From positions 512,001 to 576,000 of the forward strand of contig CAVZQC010000002.1 in assembly GCA_963777315.1 (NCBI GenBank): a stretch of 64,000 bases of DNA. The letters are read 5' to 3'. The stretch comes from Vulcanimicrobiota bacterium (GTDB lineage Bacteria; Vulcanimicrobiota; Vulcanimicrobiia; Vulcanimicrobiales; Vulcanimicrobiaceae). The notes beneath the pieces are model-generated. The model made no database searches and was not told the DNA's origin. It saw only the letters and a list, made by a program, of their open reading frames with translations. The position numbers and the translations under genes were made by a program. Of the stretch, positions 30,558 through 41,348 are shown one piece after another. Within the stretch, counting starts at the first letter, position 1, and every line of letters begins with the position of its first letter.

Positions 30558-32345
30558 TCAGCGATCGGGAACTTTACGCTCCGGCGCTTTTTCCACGTTT
30601 TTCAAACCCAGGTCGCGCAGCAGTCCTTCGGGAACCGGCGAGGGCGCATCCATCATGACGTCGCGCGCGAGTTGGTTTTTGGGAAATGCGATGACGTCGC
30701 GGATGCTGGTTTCGCCCACGGCCAGCATCGCGATGCGATCGATGCCCAGCGCCATGCCGCCGTGGGGCGGCGCGCCGTAATCGAGCGCGCGAAGAAAGAA
30801 CCCGAAGCGCTCCTGGATTTGCTGCTCGCTCATGCCGAGCATTGCGAAGATGCGCCGCTGAAACTCGGCCTTGTGGATGCGGATCGATCCGCTGCCCAGC
30901 TCGTACCCGTTGAGCACCATGTCGTAGTGCTGCGCGCGCATGCCGAGCGGGTTGCTGTCGATGAGATCCCACTGCCCTTCGCCCGGAGCGGTGAACGGAT
31001 GATGCGCGGGCGCCGGCCGGCCGCTCTGCTCGTCGATCTCGAACAGCGGAAAATCGGTCACCCACGCAAACGCAAATGCGCCGGGGTCGCACAGACCGCA
31101 GCGCTCGCCGATCTCCCCGCGCATCTTGCCGGCAGCGGACAACGCGGCATCGCGTGCGTCGGCAAAGAGCAGAATCGCATCGCCGGTCTGCACGAGGGTG
31201 CGCTCGCGCAGGCGGGCGACGTCGTTGTCGCCGATGAATCGGGCCGCCGAACTTTTCGTCCCTTCGGCGCCAAGCGCGACCCATACCATGCCCTTTGCGC
31301 CGTTCTGCTTGGCCAGCTCGGTGAGCGAATCGAAGTCACGGCGTGAAAGCGCCGCGCCCCCGGGATAGCGCAGCGCGACGATAGCGCCGCCGGCATCCGT
31401 AACCGAACGAAAAACCGCAAAATCGGTGGCGGCGAACACGTCGTTGACTTGTTCGAGCTGCAGACCGAAGCGCAGGTCGGGCTTGTCGGTGCCGAAGCGC
31501 GAGAGCACCTGCTCGTGCGTGAAGCGCGGAAACGGCGCAAGTTCTCGTTCCAAAGAGCTTTGCCAAACCTGCCGCATGCACGATTCCATGAGCTCGAGCA
31601 CTTGTTCTTGGCTCGTAAACGACATCTCAACGTCGAGCTGCGTGAACTCGATCTGCCGGTCGGCGCGCTGGTCCTCGTCGCGCATGCAGCGAGCGATCTG
31701 CATGTACCGGCCGAAACCGGCCACCATCAGCAGCTGCTTGAGGATCTGGGGCGACTGCGGGAGCGCGTAGACCGAACCGTTGTAGAGCCGGCTGGGCACG
31801 AGGTAATCTCGCGCCCCTTCGGGAGTGGATTTGATCAGCATCGGGGTCTCGATTTCGAGAAAGCCGCGCTCGTCGAAGTAATCGCGCATCGCTTTGACGA
31901 TTTTGTGGCGCACCGCGATGTTGCGCTGCAGGCGCGAACGGCGCAGATCCAAATAGCGGTACTCCAAGCGCAGGTTCTCGTCGACGTCCTCGTCGGTGTT
32001 GACGGGAAACGGCGGCACCAGCGCGCGGTTGATCACGTCGAGTTCCCGCGCCGCCACCTCAATCTCGCCGGTCGCGAGCTTGGGATTCTCGGTTCCCTGC
32101 GGGCGCAGCCGCACGGTTCCCCGCACCGCGATGACGTCCTCATGCCGCAGATGTTCGGCTTGGGCGAACGATGGGCTGCCCGGATCGAACACGATCTGCG
32201 TGATGCCGTCGCGATCGCGCAGATCCACGAATATCAGGCCGCCGTGGTCGCGCCGCCGGTTCACCCAGCCGCTCAACTCGACGGGCCGTTCCACATCGCC
32301 GGCGCGCAGCGCGCCGCAGGGCCGTTTGATCGCCGGGCTATCCAC
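30558..32345 (-). CDS. aspS: Aspartate-tRNA ligase, probably non-discriminating (Asp/Asn)
   Basis: RRDHGGLIF (His typical of ND enzymes), STPEGARDY, LPQSPQ, GAD domain, GAPPHGG. Confidence 0.96.
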   Translation of the reverse strand: MDSPAIKRPCGALRAGDVERPVELSGWVNRRRDHGGLIFVDLRDRDGITQIVFDPGSPSFAQAEHLRHEDVIAVRGTVRLRPQGTENPKLATGEIEVAARELDVINRALVPPFPVNTDEDVDENLRLEYRYLDLRRSRLQRNIAVRHKIVKAMRDYFDERGFLEIETPMLIKSTPEGARDYLVPSRLYNGSVYALPQSPQILKQLLMVAGFGRYMQIARCMRDEDQRADRQIEFTQLDVEMSFTSQEQVLELMESCMRQVWQSSLERELAPFPRFTHEQVLSRFGTDKPDLRFGLQLEQVNDVFAATDFAVFRSVTDAGGAIVALRYPGGAALSRRDFDSLTELAKQNGAKGMVWVALGAEGTKSSAARFIGDNDVARLRERTLVQTGDAILLFADARDAALSAAGKMRGEIGERCGLCDPGAFAFAWVTDFPLFEIDEQSGRPAPAHHPFTAPGEGQWDLIDSNPLGMRAQHYDMVLNGYELGSGSIRIHKAEFQRRIFAMLGMSEQQIQERFGFFLRALDYGAPPHGGMALGIDRIAMLAVGETSIRDVIAFPKNQLARDVMMDAPSPVPEGLLRDLGLKNVEKAPERKVPDR

Positions 32346-33258
32346 GGTGCTCTTCTCCTAACGCGGTTTTTATGCCGGAAACGTAGTGATATTGCCCGAG
32401 CAGATCGCGCGCGAATTTGGAGCGCGCGGTACGCCGATCGAAAAACTCCAGCATCCACGGCATTTTGGTCAGCGCGCTGTGCAGTCCCAGCGACACCGGG
32501 GTCATGCCCAAGTTGGCCATCACCGCAAAATGCGGATGCTTGCGGTAGAATCGCACCGTCGAGCGTCCCGCCAGCTTCATCTTTGCGATTTGATCGTCAT
32601 GCGGCACGTCTTGGCAGTGGTAGTTGATCGCATCGGGCTCGTACACGATAGCGATTCCGGCTTGGTGCAGGCGATACCCCAACTCGAGATCTTCATGTCC
32701 GTAGCCCGTAAAGCTCTCGTCGAAGCAGCCGACTCGCACCAGGTCCTCGCGCCGCACCGAAGCGTTGCCGGTCAGGAAATACAGCCAGCTCAAGCGCCTG
32801 CGGCTGGGCGGATGCAAACTGCCGCGCTCCTGCGGCCGGTCGCGCTTGCGCTCGTAGTCCTCCAGGGAACGGACCTGCACTTCCCAGCCCACCACGGCAA
32901 CGGATCGACCTGCAGCGCGTTCGCGCTCGCGCCGATGGCGCGTTAGATGCGCGCGCAGGAGATTCGGATCCGCGATGATGTCCGAATCGTTGAAGAGCAC
33001 CAGCTCTCCTTGCGCTTGCGCGATGCCCGCATTGCGCGCCATCGCCCGTCCGGTGTACGCCCCGGCAAGATGGCGAACGTTGGGGCGCGTCGCGTGCACC
33101 TGCGCCACATACTCGGCCGTACCGTCGGACGAATTCGAATCGCAGATCAGCAGTTCGTACGCGTCCGGTGCGATGCGCTGGTCCAGAAGCGACGGAACGA
33201 CGTGCCGCAGGGTTTCTATCCGGTTGTACGTCGGAATGACGACCGAGATTTCAAGCAT
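32338..33258 (-). CDS. Glycosyltransferase family 2
   Basis: SVVIPTYNR, DSNSSDGT, ARNAG, NDSD, GYGHEDLELGYRL. Confidence 0.9.
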   Translation of the reverse strand: MLEISVVIPTYNRIETLRHVVPSLLDQRIAPDAYELLICDSNSSDGTAEYVAQVHATRPNVRHLAGAYTGRAMARNAGIAQAQGELVLFNDSDIIADPNLLRAHLTRHRRERERAAGRSVAVVGWEVQVRSLEDYERKRDRPQERGSLHPPSRRRLSWLYFLTGNASVRREDLVRVGCFDESFTGYGHEDLELGYRLHQAGIAIVYEPDAINYHCQDVPHDDQIAKMKLAGRSTVRFYRKHPHFAVMANLGMTPVSLGLHSALTKMPWMLEFFDRRTARSKFARDLLGQYHYVSGIKTALGEEHRG

Positions 33259-34237
33259 CGAGTAGTTGTGCTACGGCCGTTACGATTTCCCCGCGGAACC
33301 ACGCCAGCGAGCCGGGCGATTCATCGGCGGGCTTGCGGATCAGTTTGGACGGTACGCCGTACGGCGCCCATTCCTGCGAATTCAGGCGGAAATACCGGTG
33401 CTCGAACGCCACCACCGTCGGTGTGCGAACCGCGCTGGCGACGTGCGTGGCGCCGGTGTCCACGGTAACGACCACGCGAGCCCGCTCGAATACGGCGGCC
33501 CACCGGTGAAACGGCAGACCTCCCAGGACGACGTCCGCCGCGCGCTCGTCGGAAATCGCCTGCACGTAGCGCTCGCAATCGGGGGCGTACGTAACGACCA
33601 GCGCCACGCCGAACCCGCGTAATTTTCGAATGAGCTCTATCGTGGATTGCAAGGTGCTGCCTTGCGTGAACCAGCGCAACCCCAGGTGCAGCACGATTGG
33701 ATCTCGCGGCAGATAAGCAACTGATGCGCGGTCCTGGTCGGTGACGTCCAGCCGCAGCGCTTCCACGCGGCGGGCCGCACCCGCCAACGCTACGAGATCG
33801 ATCAGTTGATTGACTTCGTGGCGGACGCGACGATGCGGATTGCGTTCGCAAAGATCGGGGTCCGCTTCGGAAATCATCAGGCGATTGACGAATAGGCGCG
33901 CCGTCAGGCGGCTAACGTAGCGCCGAACGTAGGTGTATCCGACTCGCACCTTCGCGCCGGACGCGCCGATGAGCGCGAGATCGGTGCGACGCGGGGCCAG
34001 CGCGATAGCGATGTCGGCTTGGCCGCGAAAGCCCGCGCCGACGGCTTCGGGGCGCGTGCCCGGGGGCAGCTGGACGATTTCGTCTACGTCCGTGTTGCGT
34101 TCCATGACGACGCAATTGTACGGACTGCACACGATAGTGATGCGCGCGCCGGGAAAGGATGCGCGCACGGTCGCGATCGCCGCCGTCGACAGGACCAGGT
34201 CGCCGATTCTATCCGTGCGCGCGAGCAGAACGCGCAC
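33251..34237 (-). CDS. Glycosyltransferase family 9 (heptosyltransferase-like)
   Basis: RTDRIGDLVL, VDTGATHVASAV..P.V. Confidence 0.88.
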   Translation of the reverse strand: MRVLLARTDRIGDLVLSTAAIATVRASFPGARITIVCSPYNCVVMERNTDVDEIVQLPPGTRPEAVGAGFRGQADIAIALAPRRTDLALIGASGAKVRVGYTYVRRYVSRLTARLFVNRLMISEADPDLCERNPHRRVRHEVNQLIDLVALAGAARRVEALRLDVTDQDRASVAYLPRDPIVLHLGLRWFTQGSTLQSTIELIRKLRGFGVALVVTYAPDCERYVQAISDERAADVVLGGLPFHRWAAVFERARVVVTVDTGATHVASAVRTPTVVAFEHRYFRLNSQEWAPYGVPSKLIRKPADESPGSLAWFRGEIVTAVAQLLDA

Positions 34238-35117
34238 GTTCCAACGCCTCGAAATACGCTTGGCGCGACAAGCCGCGTGCTGCACGCAGCTCCGCGTTGG
34301 AGAGCGGCCGGTCCGTCGATAGATCTCCCAGCGCGTAACGGTATGCCCGCGCCATTCCGATGCCGCGCAGCCACTTGTAAAGCAAACGCGCCGCGGCGTT
34401 GTCGCCCGTCGCCAAATACGTGCGCCACTGCGGATGCAGCTGCCCCAGCTGCACCGCGGTGCGCGCCTGCGCCTGCGCTTGGCGAATCATGCCCGCGACG
34501 CTGCCGCTGCGCGGACGCGGCTTGTAGTGATACGCGAGCGCGCGCTTGTTGAACACCGCCCGCGCGCCCGCTAAGCGCAGGCGCAGGCCCACGTCGACGT
34601 CTTCCCAGCCGTATTCGGCAAAGCTCTGATTGAAGCCGCCCACGGATCGAATCGTTTTCAGCGGCACCGATACGTTGGTCGTCCAAAAAAAATTGCCGCT
34701 GTAATCACGAATGGACCAAACCGGAGGAGGCAGATCGTCCAGGCTCTCCACCGTAATGGCGCCGCCGCGAACGATCGCCGCCGGATGGGCGGCGTGCGAG
34801 GCAAGATGCTGCTGCACGAAATTCGGCAACGGCAGCACGTCGTCGTCGATGAAAATGATTTGCTCGCCGGTCGCGCGCGCAATCCCCGCGTTGCGTCCTG
34901 CCGCAAGGCCCGAATTGGGCTGATCGATGACCTGAAAAGCGCAGGCCGCGCGCTCGCGCGCGCCCGCAATGGCGGCGGCGGTATCGTCGGTGGAACCGTC
35001 GTTGACGAGCACGACTTCATATGCGTCGGGCGGTACGGTTTGCTCGAAACAAGCATCGAGCACGCGCTCGAGCAGACGGGCGCGGTTGTACGTGCACAGT
35101 TGAATGGTGGCCCGCAT
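34209..35117 (-). CDS. Glycosyltransferase family 2
   Basis: CTYNR, NDGSTD, IDDD, YGWEDVDVGLRL. Confidence 0.9.
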   Translation of the reverse strand: MRATIQLCTYNRARLLERVLDACFEQTVPPDAYEVVLVNDGSTDDTAAAIAGARERAACAFQVIDQPNSGLAAGRNAGIARATGEQIIFIDDDVLPLPNFVQQHLASHAAHPAAIVRGGAITVESLDDLPPPVWSIRDYSGNFFWTTNVSVPLKTIRSVGGFNQSFAEYGWEDVDVGLRLRLAGARAVFNKRALAYHYKPRPRSGSVAGMIRQAQAQARTAVQLGQLHPQWRTYLATGDNAAARLLYKWLRGIGMARAYRYALGDLSTDRPLSNAELRAARGLSRQAYFEALERARSARAHG

Positions 35118-35134
35118 CGACGCGGTGGATTCGC

Positions 35135-36136
35135 CTATCTCGAACGGTCGGCCTCGGGCGGCGACTGGGTAGGCGTCATCGCTCCTTTATCGAGGGGCGC
35201 CCCTGCGATGCGTACGGGCGGAAAACCGACGATGTCATAGGTGCTCGATGCGATGGTGATGTTTTCGCGGGCAAACGCCTGCAGGATGTCGCGATACATC
35301 GCGTCTTTGATCTCGCGGATTCCGCGGTCCGGCACGATGAACCGCAGCGCGAGCTCCACCCAGTTGGAGGTCATTTGGAAGTATACTCGCGGTTTGACGT
35401 CCGGAGGCCGCAGATTGTAGATCCGGTGCAGGTGCTCGCGCCCTTCCTGGCTCATGCGTTCGACGTCGAGCGTGTGCTTGCGCGCGACGTCGAGCAGAAT
35501 CTGCTCGGCACGGTCGTACCGGTCGTTGTAGCCGATGCCCACATGGATCTCTTCCCAGATGAACGGAAAGTCGCGCGAATAGTTGTATACCGGCTCGCTG
35601 AAGATTTGACCGTTGCTCACCGTTACGATGCGCCCGGTGTACTGGCGCGCGAGCACCCACACGGCCGGGTCGGTTTGGCTCTCTACCGAGGGCGGCTGAC
35701 CCATCTCGAGCACCGTGGTTTGTATGAAGTCCAGCGCGATCACCTCACCGCGCACGCCGGCGATGATGATCCGGTCGCCGATGCTGAAATGCTTGCCGCG
35801 CAGGATGACGAAATAGCCGGCGATGGCGATGATGAATTGCTGAAGCGCAAAAGCGATGCCCGCGCCGATCAGACCGCCGACCGTCGCCAAATGCGCGTTC
35901 GGGCCGACCCAAATCGAGATGACCCCGACGATGAAGAATGCCGCCGTAGCCAAATTGATGGCCTGATGAAGCCAGAAGCGCACGCGGTCGGCTTTGCGAA
36001 ACCGCCGGAATAGCCGTACCGCGTAGTGCAGTGAATACCGCACGATGACGATTACCACTATCAACGCGAGCGTGAGAAGGATCTTCTCGGCGTTGATCTG
36101 GTTCACGCCCACCAATGTGACGTGGTACAGCTTCAC
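35135..36136 (-). CDS. Small-conductance mechanosensitive channel (MscS family)
   Basis: GLIGAGIAFALQ, FSIGDRI, GEV, YTGRIVTVSN, NYSRDFPFIWEE. Confidence 0.9.
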   Translation of the reverse strand: MKLYHVTLVGVNQINAEKILLTLALIVVIVIVRYSLHYAVRLFRRFRKADRVRFWLHQAINLATAAFFIVGVISIWVGPNAHLATVGGLIGAGIAFALQQFIIAIAGYFVILRGKHFSIGDRIIIAGVRGEVIALDFIQTTVLEMGQPPSVESQTDPAVWVLARQYTGRIVTVSNGQIFSEPVYNYSRDFPFIWEEIHVGIGYNDRYDRAEQILLDVARKHTLDVERMSQEGREHLHRIYNLRPPDVKPRVYFQMTSNWVELALRFIVPDRGIREIKDAMYRDILQAFARENITIASSTYDIVGFPPVRIAGAPLDKGAMTPTQSPPEADRSR

Positions 36137-36145
36137 CTTGGCCTG

Positions 36146-36170
36146 ATTCCCGAGGTCACGCCAATCTAAC
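36146..36170 (-). promoter_or_regulatory. SigB-type promoter for the mscS gene
   Basis: GTTAGA-N13-GGGAAT, 9 nt before the GTG start. Confidence 0.5.
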
Positions 36171-37172
36171 GCCCGTTAAGAGCGATTGCGCGGCCGCGAG
36201 TATGCGCGGGAGGTCCAAATTCGCCACGCAGGCATAGTCCGGACAGGTTTCCTTGCGTTCACCGCGCCGGCACGGATAGCTTGCGCGCACGACCGCGGTG
36301 CAAGGACCGAGCGGCGCCCAACGTTCCGGCGTGTCGGTCTGAAACGGAAAAATCCCGATCGTCGGAGCTCCGACGGCCGCGCACACGTGCATCGAACCCG
36401 TGGTGATTCCCGCGAATAGGCGCGCGCGCTGCGCAAGCGCCGCAAAACCTCCGATCGATACACGGCCCGCGATCGCGATGCCGCAGCTCTCACGCGCGAG
36501 CCGCTGCACGATTTCGCGGTCGGCCGTTGCGCCGCTGAGCAGAACGGCGAGATCGAAGCGTCGCGCGATAGCGTCGACCAGTTGCGCCCATCCGCGCGTC
36601 GGCCAGCTCCCGCGCGCCGGTGCGATCGCGTTGGTCGAATGGACGATCGCAAACGGGCGATCGGCATTGCCGAGCGACTCCAGCAGCTCGCGCGCTTCTT
36701 GCAGATCGTCCGCCGTCGGTTCCATGCGCACGCGGTCGTCGGCACAGTCGCAATCCAATGCGCGCGCATAGTCCAGCAGGATTTGCGCCCAATGCGACGT
36801 CACGTCGCCGCGCTCGCTGCGCACGGTGACGCGATGGGTGAAGCGCCGCGAATACAGCCGGCGCGCTTGTCCTACGCGCGCCGGAATGCCCGCCAGCACG
36901 GGCACGCGCGCAGTGCGCGGCGTGGCCCACGTCACGACCGCTGCATCGTAACCGCGGGCTTTGAGATATTGCGCGAGCTCGCGCTCGTCTTGCCCGCGGT
37001 CGACCAGCACGCCGTCCACGTCCGGGACGCGCTCGAGCACCTGCGCGTGCGACGGCAAGGTGAGCGCATCGACGGTATGGTAGCGCGAATGCAGAGCGCG
37101 CGCGACGATGGAGGCGACCAGCGAGTCCCCGACGCCTCCGCCGGCACAATACAGGAGCGCCTTACCGGGCAC
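36156..37172 (-). CDS. Glycosyltransferase family 9 (heptosyltransferase-like)
   Basis: GGGVGDSL, TTGSMHVCAAVGAPTIGIF, RWAP, C-terminal Cys cluster. Confidence 0.85.
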   Translation of the reverse strand: MPGKALLYCAGGGVGDSLVASIVARALHSRYHTVDALTLPSHAQVLERVPDVDGVLVDRGQDERELAQYLKARGYDAAVVTWATPRTARVPVLAGIPARVGQARRLYSRRFTHRVTVRSERGDVTSHWAQILLDYARALDCDCADDRVRMEPTADDLQEARELLESLGNADRPFAIVHSTNAIAPARGSWPTRGWAQLVDAIARRFDLAVLLSGATADREIVQRLARESCGIAIAGRVSIGGFAALAQRARLFAGITTGSMHVCAAVGAPTIGIFPFQTDTPERWAPLGPCTAVVRASYPCRRGERKETCPDYACVANLDLPRILAAAQSLLTGVRLA

Positions 37173-38031
37173 GAAGGGCGCGGGCCAGTTCGGTCGTGTA
37201 TGCGCCGTCGAGCAATTGCGCGCGTGCGATGCTGCGCAGTGCGCGCGGGAAACGTTCGTCGGTCGCGATGCCGGCAAACCACGGCAAGAGCCGCTCGAGG
37301 GCTCTGGCCCGCACAAGGTTTGCCGGGTACGCACCGGTTGCCGACCGGACGCGCGCGCTGGAGTTTTTTCGCACGAAGCGCACGGCCATGCGGGCCTTTT
37401 CCATCGTTTTCTGCAGCTCGGTCTCCAGCGTTGCGTCGTACGGCGGTTTGACGTGCCACAGATACGCGTCCCATGCAAACCGGCGGCGCAGGCCGTTTTC
37501 ACGCAGTCGAATGCCGAAGTCGGTGTCCTCCCAGCCGTACAGATGGAATCGCTCGTCGAAGCCTCCGGCGGCGTCAAGCGCCGCTTTCGGCGCAGAGACG
37601 TTGCACGTGCAGAAAAACGCGCGCGAATAATTCGCAAGCGTGGGTTTGGGCCGCTGGTCGTACGATGAAACGTTCAGAATGGGGCCGCTGACGACTACCC
37701 GTGCCTGGCCGTGCGCCCGTTCGTGCGCAGCCAGGAATCCGGGTGGAACGTAAACGTCGTCGTCGCAAAACAGCACTACCTCACCCAAAGCCGCCGCTAT
37801 ACCGCGATTGCGCGCTGCGCTGCGGTTGGGGCGTTCCTCGTAGACGTACGATATCTCGTAGGTCTGATGCGCCCGTGCGCGCTCGACGACCAGCGGCGTT
37901 GCGTCGGTCGAACCGTTGTCGACCACGATGACTTCAAACGCCGGCGGCGCCAGCTGCTTACCCAGCGAACCCAGCGCGCGGTCCAAATACTCGGCGCGGT
38001 CTTTGGTGGCGACGACGACGGAGATTCGCAT
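37162..38031 (-). CDS. Glycosyltransferase family 2
   Basis: SVVVATKDR, VDNGSTD, CDDD, GGFDERFHLYGWED. Confidence 0.9.
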   Translation of the reverse strand: MRISVVVATKDRAEYLDRALGSLGKQLAPPAFEVIVVDNGSTDATPLVVERARAHQTYEISYVYEERPNRSAARNRGIAAALGEVVLFCDDDVYVPPGFLAAHERAHGQARVVVSGPILNVSSYDQRPKPTLANYSRAFFCTCNVSAPKAALDAAGGFDERFHLYGWEDTDFGIRLRENGLRRRFAWDAYLWHVKPPYDATLETELQKTMEKARMAVRFVRKNSSARVRSATGAYPANLVRARALERLLPWFAGIATDERFPRALRSIARAQLLDGAYTTELARALRAR

Positions 38032-38034
38032 GCG

Positions 38035-39258
38035 TTATTCCACCCGAGTTTGCAGGGAAAGAATGCTTGCCGCCATGCGTGCCGCGGCTCCCGCGTGTTC
38101 GCGGTACAGCGCACGCAACGTTTGCGCGGTGCGTGCGAGCCATTCGTCGTCGCGCAGGCGCTCCATCGCGCAGCGCGCGACGCGGCCGGGCGTGAGCGTG
38201 CCGTGCATCTCGGCAACGATATCCGCCTGCGCGTCGATGTTGGGCTGCGTGTGGTACCGGTGCGCGCGCGAATAGGCCGTGGCCACCGCGCGCTTGGCGC
38301 GCGATCCGATGACCGGAATGCGATCCAGGTACGTGAGCGGTCCATTGATTGCGGCCAGTTCCGGAGCGTTGAGCGGAGTACAGGCGATCACCGGCTTGCC
38401 GATTGCGGCCAGCTCGATGACCTTCGTGCCCGGAATCGTCACCACGAGGCGCGCGGTGAGCGCCGCCGCCAATGCGCTGCGCACGATCGGAAAACGCACG
38501 CTGCCGTCCGCGGTGCACAAGAACGCCTGTTCCTGCCGGAAGACCAGCGTTCCGCGACGGGCGAAAAACCGCTCGTCGCCGCCCGCTTCGATTGCTTCGC
38601 GAACGGACTCGATCCGCGTAAACGGCGATATCCCGAATGCGATGGGCACGCGCTCGTCTTCACGGCGCATTGCAAGCGCGGCCGTAAAAAAAAACGGTAC
38701 GAGATGGCGCACTTCGTAGGGGCGCGATCCCGGCATGATCAAAATGCCGCCGGCCGGTGAACCGGGTTCCGGTGCCTGCGCCGATTCGGCCAGCGCACCG
38801 TCGACCGCGAGGTTTCCGACGCACTCGATCCGCTGGGGCGGCACGCCCCAGCCGGCTAGCTGATCGGCGTTCGCGCGGTCGACGGCAAAGGCGCGCGTCG
38901 TCGATCGCGCGTAGCGCGGGCGTGAGAACTTGTATGTCGTAAACGCTCCGCCCAGACGTTTGCGCAGACGCGCCGCGTGCATCAAGTCGCCGCCCAGGTA
39001 GAGCACGGCGTCGGCACCGTCCTTAACGCCGTCCGATCGTCCGCCGAGTGCGATTCTTACGTAGTCCTTCGCGTCGTGCACGCGCGCGTCGGGAAAGAGC
39101 GCGCGAACCAGCGCAGGCTCCTGCCCGGTCGCGTATTCGTCCGGAACGAAGAACACCGACACGTCGGCGGCGCGGCACTGCGCGTACAGCGCGCGCAGCA
39201 ACGGGGCCAGCCAACCCGCGGTTTCGCCGGGACCGTTGCACGTGATCGCCAAACGCAT
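38035..39258 (-). CDS. Lipid-A-disaccharide synthase (LpxB)-like GT-B protein
   Basis: NGPGE, LYLGGD, VGNL, MPGSR, PGT..E; LPS cluster context. Confidence 0.7.
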   Translation of the reverse strand: MRLAITCNGPGETAGWLAPLLRALYAQCRAADVSVFFVPDEYATGQEPALVRALFPDARVHDAKDYVRIALGGRSDGVKDGADAVLYLGGDLMHAARLRKRLGGAFTTYKFSRPRYARSTTRAFAVDRANADQLAGWGVPPQRIECVGNLAVDGALAESAQAPEPGSPAGGILIMPGSRPYEVRHLVPFFFTAALAMRREDERVPIAFGISPFTRIESVREAIEAGGDERFFARRGTLVFRQEQAFLCTADGSVRFPIVRSALAAALTARLVVTIPGTKVIELAAIGKPVIACTPLNAPELAAINGPLTYLDRIPVIGSRAKRAVATAYSRAHRYHTQPNIDAQADIVAEMHGTLTPGRVARCAMERLRDDEWLARTAQTLRALYREHAGAAARMAASILSLQTRVE

Positions 39259-39780
39259 CAGCCGGCCGGCGCGCTGCAGTAACGTCTGATGATGCTCGCG
39301 ATCGTATCGGTCGTGCCGGCGCCTTCGACGTGCGGAGCCAAGCGGATGACGCCGCCGCCGGCCAGCACCACGTCGCGCTCGGGCAGTTCGTCTTCGCGGT
39401 ACTGCGCGCTTTTGACGTGAACGTCGGGCTTGAGAGCATCGATGAGAACCTCCGGAGTGCGTTGCGCGAAGCCGACCACCGCGTCGACGCTGCGCAGCGC
39501 GCAGATTACCCGCGCGCGCTCGCTAAAGGGCACGATGGGCCGATTGGGACCCTTGAGCTTTCGTACCGAGTCGTCGGCGTTCAAACCGACGATCAGCGCG
39601 TCGCCTTGCTCGCGCGCCCAGCTCAAATCAGCTCACATGGCCGGCGTGCAGCAGGTCGAAGCAGCCGTTGGTGAAGACCACCCGCCGGTGCTGCGAGCGC
39701 ATGTCCTCACGCCAAGCGGCAGCGGCCTCGGAGTTCGGGAAAAACGTTGCGAAGAAAGGGCGGGGGCTATCCGGCGCCAT
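39258..39780 (-). CDS. rfaE2: D-glycero-beta-D-manno-heptose 1-phosphate adenylyltransferase (RfaE2/HldC); split by a 1-nt insertion at 39629
   Basis: [15 protein letters not shown] then shifted-frame [29 protein letters not shown]; removing one base restores HVSYLSWAR. Confidence 0.9.
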
Positions 39781-40747
39781 GGTCGACCAGTGCGACGATC
39801 TCGTCCGCCGATGCCGTCGCCGTGCCGAACTTCTCCACGACGGCGCCCGCTGCATAATTGGCCAGCTGCATGGCGCGCTCTATCGGCGCACCCGCGGCCA
39901 TCGCCAGCGACAAAACCGCAACCACGGTATCGCCCGCGCCGCTCACGTCGAAAACCGTGCGCGCAACGGACGGAACGTGCAAAGGCGTTTCGCCGGCGCC
40001 GAACAGCGACATGCCGTGCTCTCCGCGAGTGATGACGACGTAGCGGCATTGCAGCGTTTCCAGCAGCCGGGCTCCGGCGCGTTCGAGGGAAGCGTCGTCG
40101 GTTATCGGGATGCCCGCAGCCTGCGCCGCTTCATTCACGTTGGGCGCAACGCACGTGACCCCGGTGAAGAGGCGGACGTTCTCGGGTTTCGGATCGGCCA
40201 GGACGATCGGGGACGCGAGCGCGGCTTCCACCACCTCGCGCGAAAACAGGCCTTTGGCGTAATCGCTGAGCACGACCGCGTCGGCATTTTGGGCGTACCG
40301 GCGCACTATCGCGCACAGGCTCGCGCGCGCGGCTCCGGGCAGCGGCGCGGTCGATTCCCAGTCCGCGCGCACGACTTGCTGGTTGTGCGCCACCACGCGC
40401 GTTTTGCGCGTCGTCGTGCGTCCATCGACGCGGACCAAACCGTCGGATGAAATGCCCGCGTCCACGAGCAGATCGCCGACGTAATGCGCGAACGGATCCG
40501 TGCCCGTGGCGCCCGCAACGTCGACGCGCGCGTGCAAAGCCCGCAGGTTGCTGGCCACGTTGCCCGCGCCGCCGAGGGTGAATGAATGGTCGCCGACCGC
40601 CACGACCGGTACGGGAGCTTCGGGCGAAATGCGCGTGACGGTTCCCCAAATCCATTCGTCCACCATCACGTCGCCGACGACCAGGACGCGCCGTTCGCGC
40701 ATGCGTTCGAAAAGCGACCGCGCGTCGACCGGAGTTAGCGTCTGCAC
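39767..40747 (-). CDS. rfaE1: D-glycero-beta-D-manno-heptose 7-phosphate kinase (RfaE1/HldA)
   Basis: [39 protein letters not shown]. Confidence 0.93.
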   Translation of the reverse strand: MQTLTPVDARSLFERMRERRVLVVGDVMVDEWIWGTVTRISPEAPVPVVAVGDHSFTLGGAGNVASNLRALHARVDVAGATGTDPFAHYVGDLLVDAGISSDGLVRVDGRTTTRKTRVVAHNQQVVRADWESTAPLPGAARASLCAIVRRYAQNADAVVLSDYAKGLFSREVVEAALASPIVLADPKPENVRLFTGVTCVAPNVNEAAQAAGIPITDDASLERAGARLLETLQCRYVVITRGEHGMSLFGAGETPLHVPSVARTVFDVSGAGDTVVAVLSLAMAAGAPIERAMQLANYAAGAVVEKFGTATASADEIVALVDHGAG

Positions 40748-40754
40748 GGGCGAT

Positions 40755-41348
40755 TCACCATTCGAAGATCATGCGCTGTTCGACGAGATCGCAGATGATG
40801 TGCGCCATCGTCTCGTGCACTTCTTGTACGATTGCGGAGTAACCGTCCGGGCCGAGAAGCAGCAGATCGGCAATGCGCGCAACCGCTCCTCCGCCGTTGC
40901 CCGTGAAGGCGACCGTAACGCTCTCACGCCGTCTTGCCTCCTCCAGCGCTAGGACGATGTTTTGGGACGTGCCGCTGGTGGTGAGCGCAACCACGACGTC
41001 GCCCGCCTGCACGAACGCTTCGATTTGCCGGCGGAAAACATGCTCGTAGCCGTAGTCGTTGGCTACCGCAGTGAGGGTCGAGGCGTTCACCGTGAGCGCT
41101 TCGCTGTACAGACCCGCGCGTTCGCGCAGAAAACGTCCGCTCAGTTCGGCAGCCATGTGCTGGGCCTGCGCGGCGCTGCCGCCGTTGCCCATCCAGAGCA
41201 CCTTGTTGCCGCGGCGCAGCGCTTTGACCATCGCATCCGCGATCGCTTCGCATTGCGCTCGATAATGCGGCGCGTCGTAAATGCCTTTGCGATCCGCGAG
41301 CAGCTCGTCGAAGCCGCGGCGCGCCTTGACGTCTACGGTTCTATCCAA
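40755..41348 (-). CDS. gmhA: Sedoheptulose 7-phosphate isomerase
   Basis: GNGGSAAQAQH, ANDYG, TTSGTS.N, QE.H; TTG start after AGGAG. Confidence 0.92.
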   Translation of the reverse strand: MDRTVDVKARRGFDELLADRKGIYDAPHYRAQCEAIADAMVKALRRGNKVLWMGNGGSAAQAQHMAAELSGRFLRERAGLYSEALTVNASTLTAVANDYGYEHVFRRQIEAFVQAGDVVVALTTSGTSQNIVLALEEARRRESVTVAFTGNGGGAVARIADLLLLGPDGYSAIVQEVHETMAHIICDLVEQRMIFEW

